Of a DNA stretch of 64,000 bases, positions 59,779 to 64,000 are shown one piece after another (position 1 is the stretch's first letter; every line of letters begins with the position of its first letter). The DNA is from an uncultured delta proteobacterium (lineage in GTDB: Bacteria; Desulfobacterota; Syntrophobacteria; BM002): positions 96,001 through 160,000 of the forward strand of contig CAVQGX010000020.1 of NCBI GenBank assembly GCA_963712115.1, read 5' to 3'. The notes below the pieces were generated by a model. That model had not been told where the DNA came from. It worked only from the letters and a program-made list of their open reading frames with translations, and searched no databases. Position numbers and translations under genes: made by a program.

Positions 59779-61815
59779 CTACGCCGCTTTTTCCACTCTA
59801 ACAGCACACACTTTGTACTCGGGTATCTTTGCTATGGGGTCGTGGGCCGGGTTAGTGAGAACATTGGCGCAAGTTTCAACAAAGTGGAAAGGCATGAACA
59901 CCACACCCTCATCCACCCTATCGGTCAAAATCACCTTTGCGATAATCTCACCCCGCCGCGAGGCCACCTTCACCTTCTCGCCCTGCCTAACCCCAAGGCG
60001 GCTGCCATCCTCAGGATGCATCTCCAAACTCCCCTCGGGCATCTCTGCATGTAGTGAAGGAGAAACCCTGGTCATGGTACCGGTATGATAGTGGACATGC
60101 ACCCTGCCGGTGCTTAGCCAGAAGGGATACTCATCGTCCACTACTTCGGCAGGGGGCTTATACTCAATGGCGTGGAAGAGTCCCAAGCCTCGGGCAAACT
60201 TATCTTTGTGCAGGAATCTAGTCCCCGGATGGTCCTTGTTTGGACACGGCCAGGCAAGGCCTTCGCCCTCGAGACGCTCATAGGTAATGCCACCGTAAGA
60301 TGCGGTAAGGGTGGAAATCTCCTTCATTATATCTTCGGCACTTTCATAGTTCATCTCATAGCCGAAACGATTGGACAGGTCCTGGATAATCTCCCAGTCA
60401 GCCCTAGCTTCCCCTATGGGTTCAATGGCCTTCCGCACAAGCTGCACCCTTCTCTCTGTGTTGGTAAAGGTGCCGTCTTTTTCAGCAAAGGAGGTTCCAG
60501 GAAGCACTACATGGGCAAGTTGGGCAGTGGGGGTGAGGAAAATATCCTGAACCACCAGAAGTTCAGCCTTTTTTAGCGCCTTTTCAACATGGCCTACATC
60601 AGGATCACTCACCATGGGATTCTCACCCACCGCATAGAGGGCTTTCACTTTGCCCTCGGCAAGGCCAGAGAGCATAAAGGGAATGGTAAGCCCTATTTGA
60701 TCCGAGAGCTTGGCACCCCAGGCGTTCTCAAACTTGGTCTGGTTGTCAATGACGTTCACTGCCTGGTAGCCCGAATAGACATTGGGGAGTCCTCCCATGT
60801 CACAGGCACCCTGGACATTATTCTGTCCCCTTAAGGGGTTTACCCCGGTGGACTCTTTGCCCATATTGCCGGTTAGCATGGCGAGATTAGCTAAAGATTT
60901 TACATTGTCCACCCCGGTGGTGTGCTGGGTGATTCCCATGCAATAAACGATTGAGGCTGCTTTGGCCTTGGCGTAGTATTCAGCAATCTTGACAATATCA
61001 TCGGCAGAAATCCCGGTAATCTCAGCCACCTTCTCCGGGGGATAATTGTCAACTGCTTTACTGAACTCCTCAAAACCCTCGCATCGCTCTTCGACGAAAG
61101 CTTTATCATGCCAGCCGTTCTTTATGATCACGTGCATCATACCGTTTAAAAGAGCCACATCCGTGCCCAGGTTCTGACGAACATAAAGATCTGCCTTCAA
61201 AGCCAGCTGGATCTTGCGAGGATCTGCAACCACCAACTTGGCGCCTTTACCTATGGCCCGAAAAATCCGGGTGGCCACCAGGGGGTGGGATGAGGTGGTG
61301 TTGGAGCCGATGACAAATATGCAGTCTGCATCCTCGATCTCAGCAATGGAGTTGGTCATGGCTCCACTGCCAAAGGCGGCGGCAAGACCTACCACCGTAG
61401 AGGAGTGTCAGAGCCGGGCGCAGTGGTCCACATTGTTGGTACCCACTGCGGCTCGGGCGAATTTCATGATCAGGTAATTTTCCTCGTTGGTCACCTTGGC
61501 AGAAGCCAGAAAACCAATGCTATCGCTGCCGTGGGCTTCCTTGATTTCCTTGAGCCGGGAGGCGGTGTAGTCCAGGGCCTCGTCCCAGGAGGCTTCAGTG
61601 AGAGCACCGTTTTTGCGGATCAGCGGCTTGGTAATCCTGTCCGGGTGCTGGACAAACTCGTGGATGTTCCAGCCCTTTACACAGAGCTTACCCTGGTTGA
61701 TGGGGTTGGTCTTGGAGGGTAAGGTGCCAATTAGCCGACCGTCCAAAACCTCCAGGTAAAGACCGCAGCCGCAGCCACAATAGGCACAGGTGGTTAGTAC
61801 GGTTTTGTAGTCCAT
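59779..61815 (-). CDS. fdhF: Selenocysteine-containing formate dehydrogenase alpha subunit (678 aa; Sec at 61408-61410)
   Basis: CAYCGCGC..C.KG; DHCARL-TGA-HSSTVVGLAAAFGSGAMTN in one frame; RGQNNVQG; no Tat signal. Confidence 0.93.
61362..61407 (-). promoter_or_regulatory. Bacterial SECIS hairpin
   Basis: After UGA: CGGUGGUA-GGUCU-UGCCGCCG stem-loop starting ~10 nt downstream, same layout as E. coli fdhF. Confidence 0.75.
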
Positions 61816-61825
61816 ACAAGACTCC

Positions 61826-62869
61826 TTAAATTCTCTTCCATCCTGAGGATGGCATTTTCTTTCCCTGACTGTTTATGACGAGCCCCTCTATGGACGGGAG
61901 CTGTCTAATAAACTGGTTTCCTCTAGCAGGCCCCATTACATAGACACTGGTTGCTATGGCGTCGGCTTCCATACAGCTGGCCGCCCGAATGGTAACGCTG
62001 GCAGTCTCAGGAGCTGGGCTGCCAGAATTGGGTCTGATGAGGTGATGAAACAATTTCTCTCGGTCAAAAAAGACCTCGTAGTTGCCCGAAGTGGCAATGG
62101 CGCCATTATTGAGCGTAACCACATCCACATGACCCTTCCCCTTCCAGGGGTCCTGAATTCCGATCTTCCAGGGTTTGTTTTCCCCTTTGCCGCCATAGAC
62201 CAAGATATCGCCGCCGGCGTTGATCAAAGCGTGCTGGATTTTTTGCTGCCGCAGCAGATCCATGGCCCGATCGACTATATACCCCTTGGCAATGCCGTCG
62301 AGGGTAACTTCCATACCACTTCGTTTAAAAGAGACGGAGGTTTTGGTGAGTTTGAGATGGTGGCTTCCGACTTTTTCCATAGCCTCCTTTAAAATTTCGG
62401 GCGAAGGAGGCCCATTGTTGACCCTGAAACTTTCCTGATAGAGATCGACAATAGGCTTAATGGTGATATCGAAGGTTCCTCCGCTTAGCCTATGGTAGTG
62501 GAGTGAAGACCGCAACACCTCCATCACCTCTGCCGGGGGGTCGCCAAGAAAGCCACTACCATTGAGATGGCCGATGTAAGAAGTACTCTCAAAGCGAGTC
62601 ATAAAAGCAGTCAACCTGTTGATCTCTTCAAATGCCCGCCCCATGGCCTCTTCCGCCTCTCCCTGAGAGGGGTGGAATGCCATCATATTGATAAACGTCC
62701 CCATGCCGAGACGGCTCTTGGAAACTTTGTATAGGTTACGGTCAAATTTCACCGCTTCAGTTGGTAGGGGAAGACCAAGGGTGGCCACGCCGAGACTCAA
62801 TGTGGAGGTGAGAGACAAAAAAGCTCTCCGGCTGATCGGCTTTGTAGTGTCAGACAATGGTTGTTTCAT
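61826..62869 (-). CDS. apbE: FAD:protein FMN transferase with Tat-like signal
   Basis: SRRAFL, MGT, FDIT, DGIAKGY, NAGGD, ATSGNYE, ADA.AT. Confidence 0.9.
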   Translation of the reverse strand: MKQPLSDTTKPISRRAFLSLTSTLSLGVATLGLPLPTEAVKFDRNLYKVSKSRLGMGTFINMMAFHPSQGEAEEAMGRAFEEINRLTAFMTRFESTSYIGHLNGSGFLGDPPAEVMEVLRSSLHYHRLSGGTFDITIKPIVDLYQESFRVNNGPPSPEILKEAMEKVGSHHLKLTKTSVSFKRSGMEVTLDGIAKGYIVDRAMDLLRQQKIQHALINAGGDILVYGGKGENKPWKIGIQDPWKGKGHVDVVTLNNGAIATSGNYEVFFDREKLFHHLIRPNSGSPAPETASVTIRAASCMEADAIATSVYVMGPARGNQFIRQLPSIEGLVINSQGKKMPSSGWKRI

Positions 62870-62980
62870 GACCCGCTTCTCCCTTATTTTTAGCTCTCTG
62901 CAGTCAGCCTGTCATTTCATTCTATCATGAGTCATTGATCATTTGGCGTTTGAAGCTGGAACTTGGCCGAATCTCGATAT

Positions 62981-63766
62981 TTATTTCCCGCTGCCTGCTG
63001 CCTTGGCAGCCAGACCTTCCGGGGTTGTCCCCTCCTGCCCCACAACTTTTGCCACCAGTTTGTATAAGCTTTTCAGAGGTATATCTGCGGGACACACTTC
63101 CTCGCAGAGCCCACAATATACGCAAAGGGAACGGCCAACCATGTGCATTGCCCGGGTCATGAGGAAGCTGGGGTTGGCTGGTGGGAGTTCTCCCCGCGGT
63201 ATTAATGCAGCTTCCTCAAGGGTACACTCGTGGCAATAGCAAACTGGACAAATGTTCCGGCAGCCGAAGCACTTGACACAGCGGTCGAAGGTGTCAAACC
63301 ACTGCTGGAGTTTGCCCAGCAGATCCATTTGAGAACCAACCGGGTCCTCCCCACCCACAACACCCTGGGCCGGCTCACCTGCAACCAATGCATCCGGAAA
63401 GGGCTTCCAGCACTGATGCTTCTCGGCCAGTTCGGCTGGACAAGCGAAGCCCACCGGGATAACATGATCCGCATCCAGCATGCTGACGGTAAAAAGTAGC
63501 TGAAGAGCGCGCTCGTCGCAGCCTCGCACCAGAACTCCGAAAGTCTCATTGGGATGCTCGCTGGCGAGACGGGTCAAAATCTTGTCTAGGGGATACCGAG
63601 CCTCTGCTGGGTTCTCCCTGTCTCCCAGGGATAATTCCCCGAGTTCGTCAACTTTGGTAAATAAGTGAGGGCCGATGTCAGTTCCCTCCTGTTTCAAAGC
63701 CAAAAAGCCCTTGATTTTTCCTTCTGCAAATAAATTTTTCACGTACTTTTGAATTTCTTCTTTCAT
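62981..63766 (-). CDS. 2x[4Fe-4S] dicluster protein (FrhB/FdhB/FlxB-like)
   Basis: RGCDERA, CVKCFGCRNICPVCYC..C, CVYCGLCEEVCP. Confidence 0.75.
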   Translation of the reverse strand: MKEEIQKYVKNLFAEGKIKGFLALKQEGTDIGPHLFTKVDELGELSLGDRENPAEARYPLDKILTRLASEHPNETFGVLVRGCDERALQLLFTVSMLDADHVIPVGFACPAELAEKHQCWKPFPDALVAGEPAQGVVGGEDPVGSQMDLLGKLQQWFDTFDRCVKCFGCRNICPVCYCHECTLEEAALIPRGELPPANPSFLMTRAMHMVGRSLCVYCGLCEEVCPADIPLKSLYKLVAKVVGQEGTTPEGLAAKAAGSGK

Positions 63767-64000
63767 CAGCCTTCCTTAATGATTCGTGCAATTTTGGGGA
63801 TAACTGCCCCGGTTTGCTCCAACTTTTTGTCCTTTATTCTAACCAGGACGAAAGCGAGTCCAAAACAGATAAAAGCAAGCCCAAAAGAGGTCACTTCGGG
63901 ATTTGTTCCCAGAATGGGAGCCACTTTCTGCCCCAGGGCAGCTCCAGCAATGAGAGCTAGAATGGGAAACAAATAGACCAGAAAGGAGAGTTTCATTAAA
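63766..64000 (-). CDS. rseC: RseC/MucC-family membrane protein, 3' part only
   Basis: SFLVY.FP..ALI.GA..G two-TM motif, ending P.I.RI; truncated by the window edge. Confidence 0.65.
   Translation of the reverse strand, partial: LMKLSFLVYLFPILALIAGAALGQKVAPILGTNPEVTSFGLAFICFGLAFVLVRIKDKKLEQTGAVIPKIARIIKEG

Noticed and set aside
61408-61410. Nonsense mutation / fdh pseudogene
   Set aside because: TGA is at the conserved Sec position with a SECIS hairpin
1-64000. tRNA, rRNA, CRISPR, prophage, integrase or transposase genes
   Set aside because: None recognised by eye; a tRNAscan/Infernal/HMM run would be needed to exclude them formally

Overview
64 kb of a deltaproteobacterial (Desulfobacterota-like) chromosome; the taxon is inferred from gene content and intergenic repeat style. 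Left end: rluA-family, coaE and ppiD housekeeping genes. Then a Geobacter-type split type IV pilin (short aromatic-rich pilA-N plus a separate secreted pilA-C homolog) followed by xap-like ABC genes. This opens a ~47 kb surface-glycosylation region containing six TMTC-like GT-C/TPR putative protein O-glycosyltransferases, four polyprenol-phosphate sugar synthase-like GT2s, a flippase-like protein, wzm/wzt, several GT2/GT4s, a B12 radical SAM enzyme, a phosphodiesterase/nucleotidyltransferase pair, an LtaS-like transferase and rfbBACD. Five near-consensus sigma54 promoters sit ahead of the pilin and four glycosylation transcription units. Part of this region lies between the larC-pgpA-cinA-nadD and thpR-recA-alaS housekeeping blocks. 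Right end: plsB and an rseC / Fe-S / apbE / selenocysteine formate dehydrogenase / ferredoxin operon. Intergenic spaces carry MITE-, REP- and heptamer-type inverted repeats. Many accessory genes are frameshifted, probably from consensus indel errors. No tRNA, rRNA or CRISPR array was seen. All family assignments come from motif recognition by eye, not from database searches.
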